Shown piece by piece: positions 12,335 through 25,705 of a stretch of DNA of 64,000 nt; the stretch's first letter is position 1; each line of letters opens with the position of its first letter. Under the pieces are notes generated by a model. It ran no database searches, had not been told where the DNA came from, and was given only the letters and a program-made list of their open reading frames with translations. A program made the translations under genes and the position numbers. The DNA is from Rhina ancylostomus (lineage: Eukaryota): the NCBI GenBank assembly GCA_030265395.1, contig JARFYF010000119.1, positions 44,787,084 to 44,851,083 on the forward strand. The letters are read 5' to 3'.

Positions 12335-13380
12335 GATGTGACTGGTAGTCTGTATTGTTAGGTTGTCAGATCAGAATCTGGTAGTCTGGATATGATGAGG
12401 GGATGGATTGAAAACAGATGGGCTGGATTTTGGGAGGGGATAGATCAGGGACTGTTGATCTGGATGTAAGGAGGACATGGATTGGGTCTAGACACCTGGG
12501 TATTATAAGGTAGATAGAGAACTCATAGCCTAGATGTTAAGAGGGGATGGATTGGAGAGCAATAATGCGCATGTTAGGAGTGATGGATTGGGGAAAGATG
12601 GTCTGGATATTAGGAAGGATTGGATTGGGGACTGTTGGTCTGTTTGTTAGAAAAGAATGGTCTGTATGTCAAGTAGTCTTTACGTTAAGAGAGGATAGTT
12701 TTGGGATCTGGTAGTTTGAACATTGGGTAGAATAGATCAGGGAATGGTAAAGTGTACATTGGGAGAGGTGCACCAAGCTGGGTAGTCTGGATGTTAACTG
12801 TGGATGGAATAGGGAATGTGGATTTTATCTATGGATGGAGTGGGAATGGGGAGTCTGGATGTTAGAGAGGATGGATCAGGTACAGTTAGTCCAGATATTT
12901 TGTGGGGATGGATAATGATCTGGATTTTATAGGGATTGATCAGGGACTGGTTATTTGGATATTTGGAAGGGAATGGATTGGGTCTGGTAGAATAGCTGTT
13001 AGAAAGGTATGGATTGCACTTGGATCAGGTGCCAACAGTCTTCATGTCTGGAGTCATGGTTTGGTGAAGAATAGTCCGCATATTAGGAACTTGGATCAAG
13101 AACTGGCTGACTGGATGTTCCAAGGGTATGGTTCTCAGACTGGCAGCCTGGATAGTGGAAGGGTTGAATTGAAGAGTTAGAAGGGAAGGATTGATGAACT
13201 ACTGTTTTGTTGTTGGAGAGTGGGAGCGGATGTAAAAGAGATCAGCAGTTTTAGTATTTGGAGGAATGGATTGGGACCAGTAATACAAGTGGAAGGGGCA
13301 AACTGGTAACTGGCAGATTCTTTCTTAGCATCTACAGGGACTCGTGCAACAGATTGGAGTCTGGGTCTTGGATGATCACA
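12335..13380. repeat. Degenerate minisatellite with a ~36-37-bp unit
   Basis: Approximate consensus GGATGGATTGGGGACTGGTAGTCTGGATGTTAGGAG. CTGGAT-like anchors fall at 12386, 12423, 12460, 12496, 12530, 12603 and 12640. Confidence 0.75.
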
Positions 13381-14499
13381 GGCCCTCGGGTCGCGTTTGG
13401 GATTGATGGGATTTGTGAGGTTGCTGCAATGCAGGAGGGGGCCAGAAGGATGAGGACAAGTAATTCCCTTAGCTGGCAGGCATCCCAGTCGGTGTCATGC
13501 TTGTTAGACCATGTTGACCTGGGAGTGCTGCCAGCTGGGTAGCAGAATGTGAAGGGTGCTGCTCAGTCCAAGTTCCCTTATATTGCTCCAAAAAGTGTGT
13601 TGCACAGGGATTGGCGTAATCCCACATGTCCCTGAGGTAGAAATTACATCCAGAGTTTAACACTGGCACACACCCAGAATTGCCCAGTCAAATTTCCGGA
13701 GTGATAGCAAACAACCTGGAGAAGGTTGATTATTGTGTTTCGCTCTTGGCAATAAACATACAATTGCATAACACTGCATAACACAAAACAGTGTTTCACT
13801 TTGAATTTCAAGGCAAACAACTTCAAATCCCACCAGTGAAAATTGCGAAACGTATTTCAAAATGTTTGATAATTTTGTGGGTTAAAACCAGAAAAAAATT
13901 AAGTTCACTATAAAACTAATGTCCTTCAGGTCTACATGTTTTGTACTGCTTTATGGAGTTGGCTTGTTTATGGCCTGTTGAAGTTGTGTAACAAACTACT
14001 GAATTATAAAAGTGATTGCTCCTGAGTAAGATTTCTTTTATTCATTTTTCAGGAGGTAGGTGTTGCTGACAAGGCTAGCATTTAGTGGCCTTTCCTAATT
14101 GCCTTTGACAAGTGGTGATAGCTGCATTCTTGACCACTGCAGTACTGCTGGTAAAGGTACTCCCACACTGGTAAAGGTACTCCCACACTGCTGTTGAGTG
14201 AGTTCCAGGATTTATATCTGGCAACATGAAGGAACAATGATATATTTCTAGGTCAGGATGGAGGAGACATATAACTTGTGGTGTTTCCATGTGCCTCCTT
14301 CCCTTGTCCTTCTTGATGTTAGAACGTGCTAGTATGGGAGGTGCTGTCAACTCAAAATAAGTAACTGTAGTGTATCTTGTAAGTGATACACACAGTGGCC
14401 TTCGTGGTTGAGGTTGGTGGATGGTTGCCAATTAAGCAGGCTTGTTTAGCCTAGATGGTATTGAGTTTCTTGAATGTTGTTATAGCTGTATTTAGTTCT

Positions 14500-14870
14500 G
14501 TCATGGGAGGAAACTGCTTGATGGACAAAAAAAAACAAGCATGTGCTCCTTGAAGGAGTGCAGCATCCTCACTGACTCCTGGAACCCTCTGGCCCACGAC
14601 CATTCAAAGGGGAGAAGATGCATTTGGGACAGTGTTGAGAACCTTGGGACCATGTATTGGGAGCTTACAGAATATCTGCGTCAGCAGTGGAAGGAGCTTA
14701 TCACCTCAGAAACTACCCACCCACCTGTCTCACCAGCCCCTTCTGCCCCATCTATGGAAGAGCCAGTGGTTCCCACATTGGTCTCATTAGCTGATGCGGA
14801 GCTCACAAAACCCACAGGGAAGCAAGTCGCCCTCGATCTTAGGGGCTGTCTAAGGAAAAGAAATATCCTG
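14500..14870 (+). mobile_element. RTE-clade LINE 3' fragment
   Basis: ORF 14541 reads SLKECSILTDSWNPLAHDHSKGRRCIWDSVENL, resembling the RTE C-terminal WExLAxDRxxWR motif. Confidence 0.65.
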
Positions 14871-15241
14871 ATAAGTGGAGAGTATGCTGATACACTCATG
14901 ACTTGGGTCTCGTAGATGGTGGAAAGACCTTGGGGTATCAGGACGTGAGTCACTCACTCTGCAGTAATCAACCTCTGACCTGCTCTTGTTACCACAGTAT
15001 TTCTATAACTGAACCAGTTGAGTTTCTGGTCAATGGTGAGCCCCAGGGTTGTGGGGTTTTGGCCTCAGTAATGCCATTGAAAGTAAAGGGTATGTAAATA
15101 GATTCTGACTTGCTGAGGGTGGCCATTGTCTGGTATTTTTAATGGTAGAAATGTTTCTTGTTACTTATCAGTCCATACCTGTGTTGTCGAGGTCTTGCTG
15201 CTTGCAAACATGGACTGGTTGTGAGGAGTTGTGAATGGAAT

Positions 15242-15572
15242 GCGGTGTTAAAGCTAGTTTTAGACGAGAGGGAATGCTGTGTTAGATCTAGTTTTAGGAA
15301 ATGACCTGGGACAGGTGACGGATNNNNNNNNNNNNNNNNNNNNNNNNNNNNNNNNNNNNNNNNNNNNNNNNNNNNNNNNNNNNNNNNNNNNNNNNNNNNN
15401 NNNNNNNNNNNNNNNNNNNNNNNTCAAGAGGTTGTTGGATAGGCATATGGAGGAGTGTGGGATAGAGGGATATGCGGGACGAAAGGGTTAGATGGTGTGA
15501 GGTGTGGTTAGATGGGCGCCACAACACGGTGGGCCGAAGGGCCTGTATTGTGCTGTATTGTTCTATGGTTCT
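15242..15572 (+). mobile_element. Young CR1 insertion whose interior is collapsed into a gap
   Basis: Left of the gap is the endonuclease motif GNAVLDLVLGNDLGQVTD. Right of the gap are KRLLDRHM and the tail gggccgaagggcctgtattgtgctgtattgttctatggttctat. TSD atggaat at 15235-15241 and 15573-15579. Confidence 0.85.
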
Positions 15573-15924
15573 ATGGAATCGAACATTGTGCAATTTTCAG
15601 TGACTGTTCCCATTTCTGATCTTAAGATGGAAAGAAGGTCATTGATGAAGCAGCTAAAGATGGTTGGGTCATGGACACTACCTTGAACAGCGAGACAGGA
15701 CATGTCTAGTTGCCAGTGAAATGTCAATGTCAATAAAATCTTGTCAATGTTGCCAAGATCCTGAGACCAAATAAAGTAAATTAACCTCATTAGTATAATG
15801 ATAGAATAACTAGGCTTATCTTTTCTCCCTATAACTCTACTTGGTCTCAAGGCTGGGATTTGTTACAATAACTATTGTTATTCAGTAAAATCTGTAAAAT
15901 CTTGGTGGCAAAAGAAATTTCATT

Positions 15925-16810
15925 TTTATTCATTTATTCTTGAAATGTAGATGTCCCTAACAAGGCTATTATTTGTTGCCCTTCGCTAACAGTCCTTAAG
16001 ATGCTGGAGATGAACTGCCTTCTTGAACTTTAAAGTCTGTGTGGAAAAAGGTATCATGGAATCCCATTATGTATGGAGCTAAATTCGATCCAATGACAAT
16101 AAAGGGAATAGCAAAGTCCTTCCAAGTTTGGAAAGTGTGAGATTTGGAGGGGCAGATGGAGGTGATGCTGTTTCTATGCACCTGTTGCCCATGTTCTAAA
16201 TGGCATTGAAGAAGCATTGGCAAATAGTTACAGTGCAACCAGTTGAAAGGTACACATTGCAATAAGTTTTTGCCAGCAGTGTTGTGATTGAATGTTTAAG
16301 ATGANNNNNNNNNNNNNNNNNNNNNNNNNNNNNNNNNNNNNNNNNNNNNNNNNNNNNNNNNNNNNNNNNNNNNNNNNNNNNNNNNNNNNNNNNNNNNNNN
16401 NNNNAGATGATAGATGGGGTGATGATCATGTCAGCTGCTTTGACTTGGATGGTGTTGATCTTCTCAAGTGTTGTTGAAAATGCACTGTAGTGTTATGTAA
16501 ATGGTGGGGCTTTGAGGAGTCAGAAGATGTGTCACACATTGTAGAACATTCTACTACTGACCTACTCCTGTCACCTCAATATTTATGTGATTGGTCCATT
16601 TTAAGCTTCTAAGAAAGGCGAGCGCCAGCACGTATGTTGATCCACTGAAAGCCTTGGAGATGTTACCAGACTCTATTTTGTTAGAGATCATTGGTTGGCA
16701 CCTCTGTGTCACAAATATTATTTGCCACTTATCATTCCAAGCTTGGAGGTTGTCCAGATCTTGTCTAGCAAAAGATACTTCATTATCTGAGGAAATGTGT
16801 ATTGAACTGA
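15925..16810 (-). mobile_element. Second degenerate copy of the same LINE family as 14035-15690
   Basis: Shows the same order of motifs (3' terminus, ggaggtgatgctgtttctatgcacctg, ggctttgaggagtcagaag, ttgccacttatca). Confidence 0.65.
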
Positions 16811-19800
16811 TTTATAGGGCACATTGTATGCCTTTTAAGAACAGCACTCTATGTCATATTTGGCTTCTCTAGTGAGATGTTGCAAAATAACTGAAAGAGA
16901 TTTATTGATTCCTGCCAACAAGTCCAAATTTGTCTTCCTCAAATGTGCACTGGAAATTAGTTGAAAACCCATTAAAACATAAATACATGGCAATACAAGT
17001 AGTTCTAGATTTCTCATCCGCAACTTCCTGCCTTTGGTTTGTGACAGGATGTATTTCAGATTGTTTACATAACTGTGTGGCATCATTATGAACAGTAGCC
17101 TTTACCATCTAAGCCCTTAGTTTCCTCTTTCTGCCAATAATACAGCCCCCAAAATATGAAAGGGGCCTCTGACATTCTTGCATTAGGTTTAAAAATCTAA
17201 GTCTAATTGCTGATATTAACACCACTAATACAGGTTGGTGGAGAGGAATATGTGGAAGCACAGGAACCTAAATTTCGCATCAACATCAGTTCAGAGTGTT
17301 ATGTGCTGTAATGCAGTGAATTTAGATGTGAGAGTAATGCTGAAAATATTCATTCTCATTCTCTCTGCCTCTATCTTTCATCCTGATTTTTGGATTAACA
17401 TTATTTTAATCTCAGTAGTAATTCATTTATTTTAAATGGCAGTGGTCTAGAGGAGTTTATTTGAAATGGGTGCCTGTCAGCATTAGAGTAATGCTGATCA
17501 GGGAATCCAGGCATTCCTTTCTTTGTTTTTCCTCTCCTCCCAAACCTCAGTGGACTTTCTATTGCAAATTTGAGAAAAGGGTGACTCTTATATCAGTGAA
17601 GCAGCTGATTTGGCTGATAATGTCAGCAATAGTGATAAAAGATACGGGAAAATACAGGAAAGAATGGGTTAGACTGTCTTTTTGTATGTGGAATACAAAA
17701 TGTTTTCTCTCAGCCTTCCATAGTACACTATTTGATTTTAGCTGCCCTTCATTGACTTTACAGAACTAAATTTCAGTCTTTAACAATAGTATTCGTGAGC
17801 CATATATCGTGAGGAGACATCCCTTACAGATTTTCTGTACAGACTTAACTACTATATCCTGGTGATTGCAAAGTACGTATGTGGCCAGGGTACATAAATC
17901 CCACCAGTAAGCATCTGAATTGAATCAGCAACACCAATTTGGGCTGATGGTTTTTCTCCAAACACTCTCCGTTACAATATATGATTGTTCCATCAACTTT
18001 CAGAGCTGTTTTTTTTCCAAAATATTATTTTTGGTTTCTGTAAAACATATTTACAAAAGTAAGGGATATAAAGATAAACAGAGCAGTCACACACAAAAAA
18101 GATGTTTTTTTTAAAGAGTAAATGAATAATTCTTTTGTGGATTTTACAGAGCCCACTTTGGGTCATTTGAAATGAAGAATTTTCAGGTTTGGCTTGCTTG
18201 ACTTCCTGTCGAACGTTCTTTGCAAGAAATGCAAATACCATGCAACACCTGTTCCTCAGCTGGGCTTGTGTGCCTGGGTATTTTTACTTGAGGTGTCCAT
18301 TGTCTTTCTAGCTGTGAGCCGGAAGCAATGAACTGATTAATTACTCCATTTTCTATCTCTACATGTCATCAGTGAAGCAGAATAGTCTGTCTGGATTCCA
18401 TTATGCCTTTTGCAAATTTTGGTTAAGGAGTCGCCTAGGCCTGTATGCATTGCTTGTCTTTATCTTTAGCAAGGAGGCACAACTGAGAATTGGTCCTCAG
18501 ATGACTTTTAGTAAAGAAGTTTCCTGAGGGAGCCATGCCGAGGATCTCTCATNNNNNNNNNNNNNNNNNNNNNNNNNNNTGCTACATCTTGCATGGAGAA
18601 TAGCTGAGCTATAGAATTGAGAGCAGACTACCACAAACCATGGTTGTATAAAGTCTGTGCATTTTAGTAGAAGCTGTTGATGTGCTGAGTGGCATATCAT
18701 TAACACTGATGTCATATTATTTTCATTTAAATAGGCCTGCATCAACTTTTTAATTTAAATCAAATGCCTGACATATAGGAAATTCCAATTATTGGACTGT
18801 CATTGTCCCAACATGATTGCAAAAGGGTCAAGAAATTGTGGTTAACATTTTTGCATAAAAGCCATTGTGCATTGGAAAATTGGAAAATCTGTGTGTGCAC
18901 ATGCACACGTGCTGAAACTTAAACTTTTTAAATGTATTTAGCAGATATTGCCACGTTTGAAGATGTGAGAGATCTGAATTTAGTTTTAGTTAATTTTAAT
19001 ATTCTAAATTACAATTCTTTTTGATCTGGTAGTTTTGGGAGCAGAGGTTATGACCCTTAGTAACTGTTCAAATTAATTCTCCAAAATCACTGCACCAATA
19101 TAAAAATGATATCCCCTACAGAAAAAGATTTACTTCACGAGATGGACCAGTTGTATGCTAATGGTGGAACGTGTATATTTATACCTTTTTTATAATGTTA
19201 GTCAAAGTTCACTTTGATTTTATCATCTTTCACCTATGCACTGGATTAATGACATTGCAAGTTTTATCAGACCAATGTGAAATGATAATTACTATACAAG
19301 GACAGATAAGTGAGGATGGGTAGAGGAACAAAAGGAGTTTTACACTAGTCTTTCCATTAATCTATCCAGATATTAACAGAACTTTCTTTATCGCTCATGG
19401 TCATTTCACCACTTCAGAGTAAGCTCTTGACGCAGGCTGTTTGCTGATTGAAATCCCATGTGTTCTGTGTAATGGCTGTTCTTTCCTCTTGTGCACATTG
19501 CAGATGATTTTTGTTAATGCCCAAAATTAATTATCAGATGTCATCTCATTCCTTTCTCGAGGTCAGGCTTGCTGGACAAGTCAAACCATTTGTCCATGTG
19601 CATAAAGTGTGAAGTCTGTACAGAATGACTGATATGATAAGGAGTATGGGATGTTAATACCACCCCTTGACCCTGAACTGTATAGCCATTCCCTAACCCC
19701 CACTGCCAAACCCAGACCACCAAAGAGAACCGTCCTGCTTGGTACAAAGAGCTCTGGTAGTTTTCCTGGTATTTAAACTAGGTTAATGGCAGAGGAGCTG

Positions 19801-20294
19801 TTCATTTTACTTCAGTAGCCAGAAGATCAATCATGTAGGGCTTTGTATCGGCTTTAATCTGCATAACAAGAGAGGGAAAGAGCACATTGTGTGAGTAATA
19901 TGTAAGCAGAAACAACATAGAGATGAATTTTCTTTTTCAATTTTCACATGTTCACCTGATATTACCATATGAAAATCAAGAGAATATTCATAGTCTAGGT
20001 AAATATTGGCCCAGTAGAATTATTCTGTCTCTATAAATACACCACTCTTAATTGTATTTTCTTCTTCTTCTTCTGAGCTTAGATGCTGAGTGGTTACTTA
20101 CAAATGTGTTTTTTCATCACCCACGAAGATTGTCAACAAAGAAAACATATTGAGTTAGTGAACAAAAATAAATCCATTCTCTGTATTTGTCAATAATAAT
20201 AAACATTGCTCATGAAGATTTAACATCGTTAACAGCTTCTCCAACAAATGTAAAGTTGATTTCAGATCCTGCTCCACACTTTGTAGCATCCATC

Positions 20295-20297
<3 letters not shown>

Positions 20298-20329
<32 letters not shown>
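20298..20329. repeat. (TA)16 microsatellite
   Basis: Perfect TA dinucleotide run. Confidence 0.97.
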
Positions 20330-20336
<7 letters not shown>

Positions 20337-23300
20337 AGAAAGCAAAGATGTAATGATGTGTCCTAATTGATTTTGAACTGTAGTTTTCTTTGAATAGATA
20401 ATCAAATGTCACAGTCATTACTTACAGACCAAGTTACTCATTTAACCTTCTTGTTCATATTGGCCAGGATTTCATATGCAAGTAATTTACCTCCCTCAGG
20501 TTCAGTGGGATTAGATTGTCTGCAGTAATCCCTAATGCTATGAAATAGACCTGATAGAACTGTCTGCTTAGGATAATGTTGATGAATTTCAGCTTATGTA
20601 GATTAGTTAACTCTTTTCACCCTATACGAGGAATTCGGTATTAATGATGGTTCAGAACTGTTCAGCCAGTTTATGAGTGAACACCCTAACCTATTTTTTT
20701 TAAATTGTCACATACAACAGCATGAAATTTTGTGCTGTGTGGTAAAGATCTGAGAAAAGTATCTGGAGCAATTTCAATCACCACAGTCAAATAGGACCAA
20801 TGTATCAGACATCCCATGAGTGTGAGAATCAGCTGACACCATACATGGAATTTTTTTTTACCTAGCTAAAGCTGCAGTTGATTTCTACATTTTCTTTGCC
20901 CAAAATCAAAGAAAACAAAATGTTCTAATCTTCAAAGCAGACACTGGCATGTTGAGTACACTTTGTATGCAGACTCATTATGCCCACCATTGTAATCTTT
21001 GGTGTAGATGATGACTTCAGTATATAGTGGCCCAAAGAGAGTGCAGGACATGCCAATCACCATGAGTTTACAAGAAAGAAGCTCACAAAAGAGTTTCTGT
21101 GCTCCTGCTTCACTGAATGTTCCTTGAGCTTTAAAGAAAAGGCAAATACTGGATATAGTTACCTTACTCAGACCTACTCTGTGGTGGATATTTCAGTTTA
21201 AATAAGACTGTATTTGAAAGGTTTTTTTGTATTTTATATATTTGTTTACCATGGTTACAGTTAATCATTCTTTATTCCAGGAAATGACATTCATTCTTTG
21301 TTATAGAAAAAGAATTCAAATTTATTAGTTTCAAAAAGCTCACTTTCAAAAATTGTTTCTAACAGAAGGTATGGCATTAATGTCGAAATATAGTTTTGTT
21401 AACAATTATATCAGAATCTACTGGTACTAGGAAGGAAAAGCCAGTTATGATGTATAAAATACAAATGTCTAAAATGTGAGTTGGCAGTTCCTGGGCTTTA
21501 GAGATAAAATACATATTTTTAAAAAAATCCAGTTTCCAAATATTATGAAAAATGTTGATTCTGAATTTTGGAATATCAGTATATAGATCTAGGGTTTCCA
21601 AAAACAGAACAGCTAGCCACTTTGAGTGAGTCCAAATTCCATTTTATAGAACTGTGACTGTAGAATCCAAAACTGGGATGGTTTATTTTTCTTTTACAAT
21701 CGCTTGGAATTTGTTAGATTTTATGCTTTCCCTGACCAAACATTCTTTTATTTATATGAAATTTGTGTCATATGATTTTGAGCTAATGATTTTACTTTTG
21801 TACAGTGTAATTCACATGGACATTTGATAGGCAGTTGATTAGTCTGGAATGATTTCTTTAAAATGAAAATTAATTGCAATTTGTGCAGCCTTCATTAGTT
21901 TGCTTTTATAATTGCATATGTGAGACTGCATGACTGGATTTGGCTGGACTTGGTTAAGAATTGTTGCATCCTTCCAATATATGTGGCTTACTGTGGATAT
22001 ACAAGAGAATTCTCCTTAATTTAGAATATGCCATGGAAAATAAAACTGATTATTTCCCCAAAGCTTAACAAAAGCTGTTTTAGAAATCTTGATCATACTT
22101 CTTTGGAAAAATAGTACCATTTACTTTTCATATTTTTTCCTCTAGCTAGTTTGGATCAGAATTATGCCTGAGAGTTGTTACTTTAGGATTGATAAGCAAT
22201 ACAACACCTAGAAAGAATATTTCACTTTTAATTTCTACTGTTGAATGTAACATAAAAATAATTTTTGGGAGTTTGAAAGTTGTAAGAGAACAGAAATGTG
22301 AAGAGGAGTTTTTGCTTTTGTCTTTATTTGTTCAGATGTCTTTCACTTTTACAGATGAGAGATTTTACTGTAAGGGTAGAAGGTAGGACTTCCAAACACA
22401 GCAACTGAACATTTGTCTTACCATTACAAACCACATAACACCAGTCATTAGATCAGTCAGCTACTAATTTATAGTGCAGAAACCTAAATCATTTCCATAC
22501 TAATTTTTTCAAAGTGTAATAGTGTAATTTCCTGAGTAGTCTTACTAGTTCAAACATACAGAACTGGTAATAGAACAAAGTAGCATTTGGGGGAGTAAAT
22601 CTCAAAAATTATTAACTTGCTTAATCAAAGAATTGAAGAGCTTCAAAATGTTGGTGTGATTTTAGACTTGGAAATAAAAGTGCAGCTGCTTAACTGTAGA
22701 AGAAGTTAGCTTTTTGGTCAGAGTTTAGTTAATGTTGGGGGGAAAAATTCTGTTTAGGCGATAGATTTTTAAAGCAATGTAATATAAATATGCTTCTCTT
22801 CCCATTCTGAATTTGCTTTATTTCAGGGTAATTTACTGCTGCAGACATGCACTTGTGTCTGCTTTGTAATTTTAGGGATTAGGATAGTGAGGATTAAATG
22901 CTGTCTCTTAATCTTCCATATCAACTTTAAGAGCGAAATGTAATATGCAAATGGAATACATTCATTTTGTGTTTACATATTTTTAATCTCAGTAATTTAG
23001 TTCTAAGAAGATGGGAACTCATCTTTGCCTTATTTATTTTGAATCCTAAAGCAAGATGCCATTAAAATCTTTATCCCTATGTCTCACGGGATGAATGTTT
23101 ATCCACTGGGGATTAAAATATTATACTTTTTTTTAAGAAGTGTTCTGAACTCAACGACACTTCACATCGTGCAAAGTTTAGTGCTCCAGTTTTTCCGCTG
23201 TGTGGCGGGTTATAGAAATTTTTTTGGAAACTGGTTGAAGTTCTGCTTTTTACCTAAGTAATTTGAAGCAATTCCTTTGAACAACAGAGAATTTGATGCT

Positions 23301-25609
23301 GTACTGTTGGAAAATTGAATTTAGCTCACCCTGAATTCATCATTCATTTGGCACTTTCCAACATCATTTCTCAATCACAGAGAGAGGAAGTTTGTTCAAA
23401 GATTTTTACATCCATAGCACTTTTTTTTTCCTGCAAACTGAAGTCAGTTGGTTTGGTAGAATTAGAACCACAGATCAGAATTACAATTTTTTTTTGAAAA
23501 TAGAGAAGGAATTTGTTTGGAAAAGTCTAATCCTGACTAACTACAAACAGATGTTATGAAAAGGAGATGTACAGTGATGAAACAGAGCTCAGATATGAAA
23601 ACATAAAATTATGCCTAAAATATATCTTTTAGATTTATTACCCAAATATTAAAGGACATAAGCATATTTTCAAATTGGTTATAGAGCATATACTTTATTC
23701 AATCATGGACAACTATGAGAAAAATGTTATTTTAAAATCAATCTACGTTGATACCTCAAAATAACATTCAGTCACTACTGAGAAAGGGAAATAGCAAATT
23801 GATCCAGAAGACACCCACACACAGCATTTCCCTTCTTTCTGTACTCCTACCAGCTCCGTTCCTGTGTAATCATTTTCACATATGAACTTTTCTTTTTTTC
23901 TTTTACATTTTCCTTGCCATTCTCTTTTGGGAAATATTCCATCCTACCAATTAAGTTTATTTTTGCCGTGTATTATATTCACACAAAAATTTCTCCCCAC
24001 CATGAAATGTGGTACAGAGATTCCATTTACCACAATAAGGAGAGCATGCCACCGACGGGTACACTGAAAAACCTGTATGAGTTTGTTAATGGTACATGAG
24101 AAAATTGGTATATATTAATTCCAATCTGCAAAAGGCATATAAAGGATTGAAGTGAATGCTGGCCGTGGACCAAAGTTCATATCTTTAATCTCATGGTTGG
24201 AATTGGAGAACTTAATATGCTATGCTAATAGTTTTCTTTTAATGTCATAGGCTTAATTGTGAGCCTACCGTTAGGGTAGGCTCAATATTATAGAAGGGGA
24301 GAGGGGAAGACTGAACACTGATGGCAACACCTCAAGATGATAAACTTTTAGAAATATAGGTTAGTATTTTATTCTGTCCAACAATAGATTATAGGTAATG
24401 TAATAGGTGTCCAAAATTCTGAAAGGAGCCAAGAAGGTTGTTTCCATGAGCAGAGGGCCATGGAGATGAACTTTGATATCCGAGACTTTGATCAGAGTGC
24501 AGAAGAATCATCTTCATGCAAAAGTGGCTCCGGAATACACTTCCAGGGATACCATGTTGCGATTCAAAACTTAGACTAACGTGGATGAAGGGAAAGGAGA
24601 TAAATGGGTAAGGAAATGAGGTGGGAAAACATTAGAATTTATTGTTCTCATGTGGCAGTAATACTGATACAGATTCAGTTTTGCCAACTTGTCTCTTTCT
24701 GTATTGTATTCTACAATAGCGTATCAATGCAGAAGAAGTTTGATTGTAAAACATTCTGCATACTTTTCATTTGTATTTTATTAAATAGACCATATGATCA
24801 TTATGTAAGCTCGGCTGAAACAGCACTATCAGAATCAAACATCGTTGTTTAATCACGAAGTAGAAACTTGTGGACTAATTTTCCATGGGGAAGTTGCCCA
24901 TTCTGGGGTGATCCTAAAACACTGTCCAGAGGAAGAGAAGGAACTAAAGGCCTACTTATATTTCATGCAACTGTCTAACAACCCCAACCCAACACACGAT
25001 GCATCCATTGCATCCTTTTGCTTATTGTTAAGGGAGAAAATTCTGCACCCTAGCAGAATTCAAGTTATTGGAAAAGCTAATCAATACATGGACTCACTTT
25101 TTCAGTTAATGCTGTGTATAGTGAGTTATGGCCAAACAGTTTTGGATTGATGTGCGTGAATTCTTGTATTTTATACATGTATGAGGAGGACTAGCGATGT
25201 CAATGATTTAAGCTGTGTTTTTTTTATCAGCAGTGCAGTGAAGATCTAATAACAACTGTACACTTACTGCTGATCAGGCTTTCTTAAGTTATGTTTTAAC
25301 GATTTTTGCCCTCCTAATTGGTAGGCAATAATTATAGAGGAATCCAGTAAATAAGTAAATGACACATGTTGGGAAACTTTATGGCAGTTGGGTAAACGTT
25401 CATATTGTTCCATGAATCTGGGTGAGCAGGTGTTAAAGATTTACTGATTTGAAGTGTGGCACACATTTTCGGTGATCTGTGCAATTTTATAGCTTGCCCA
25501 AGTATTAATTGTATTTATAAGGCATCTTATATCAATTCCTTTCACACAACCTTTTGTTTATGAACAGAATAAATATTATGAAGACAAATGTGGTAACTGT
25601 TCTCGAAAT

Positions 25610-25705
25610 AAAAACAAAATGTTGGAAATACTCATCAGGTCAGGCAGCATATATGGAAAAAGAAACCAAGTTAAGATTTCTGGTTGAAGACCCTTCGTCA
25701 GAACC
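25610..25705 (-). mobile_element. Penelope terminal-repeat fragment with hammerhead-like core
   Basis: Family motif tcaggtcaggcagcatatatgg is present. The minus strand reads CTGACGA-agggtcttcaacca-GAAA (25701 to 25677). Confidence 0.6.

Larger units (their letters stand above)
14035..15690 (-). mobile_element. CR1/L2-group LINE 3' portion hosting nested RTE and CR1 insertions
   Basis: The 3' terminus reads tttattcatttttcaggaggtaggtgttgctgacaaggctagcattt. RT motif VQGSVHDPTIFSCFINDLLSILRSEMG appears in ORF 15563-15850(-). A 20-bp tandem duplication (ctggtaaaggtactcccaca) lies at 14148-14187. Confidence 0.7.

Noticed and set aside
12335-13380. CRISPR-like array (36-37-bp period)
   Set aside because: The units are contiguous and degenerate with no unique spacers, there are no cas genes, and the context is vertebrate.
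24260-24284. 10-bp hairpin tgagcctacc/ggtaggctca; similar 9-10-bp stems at 7322-7353, 47659-47680 and 49787-49812
   Set aside because: A few such short stems are plausible by chance in 64 kb, and there is no further support.
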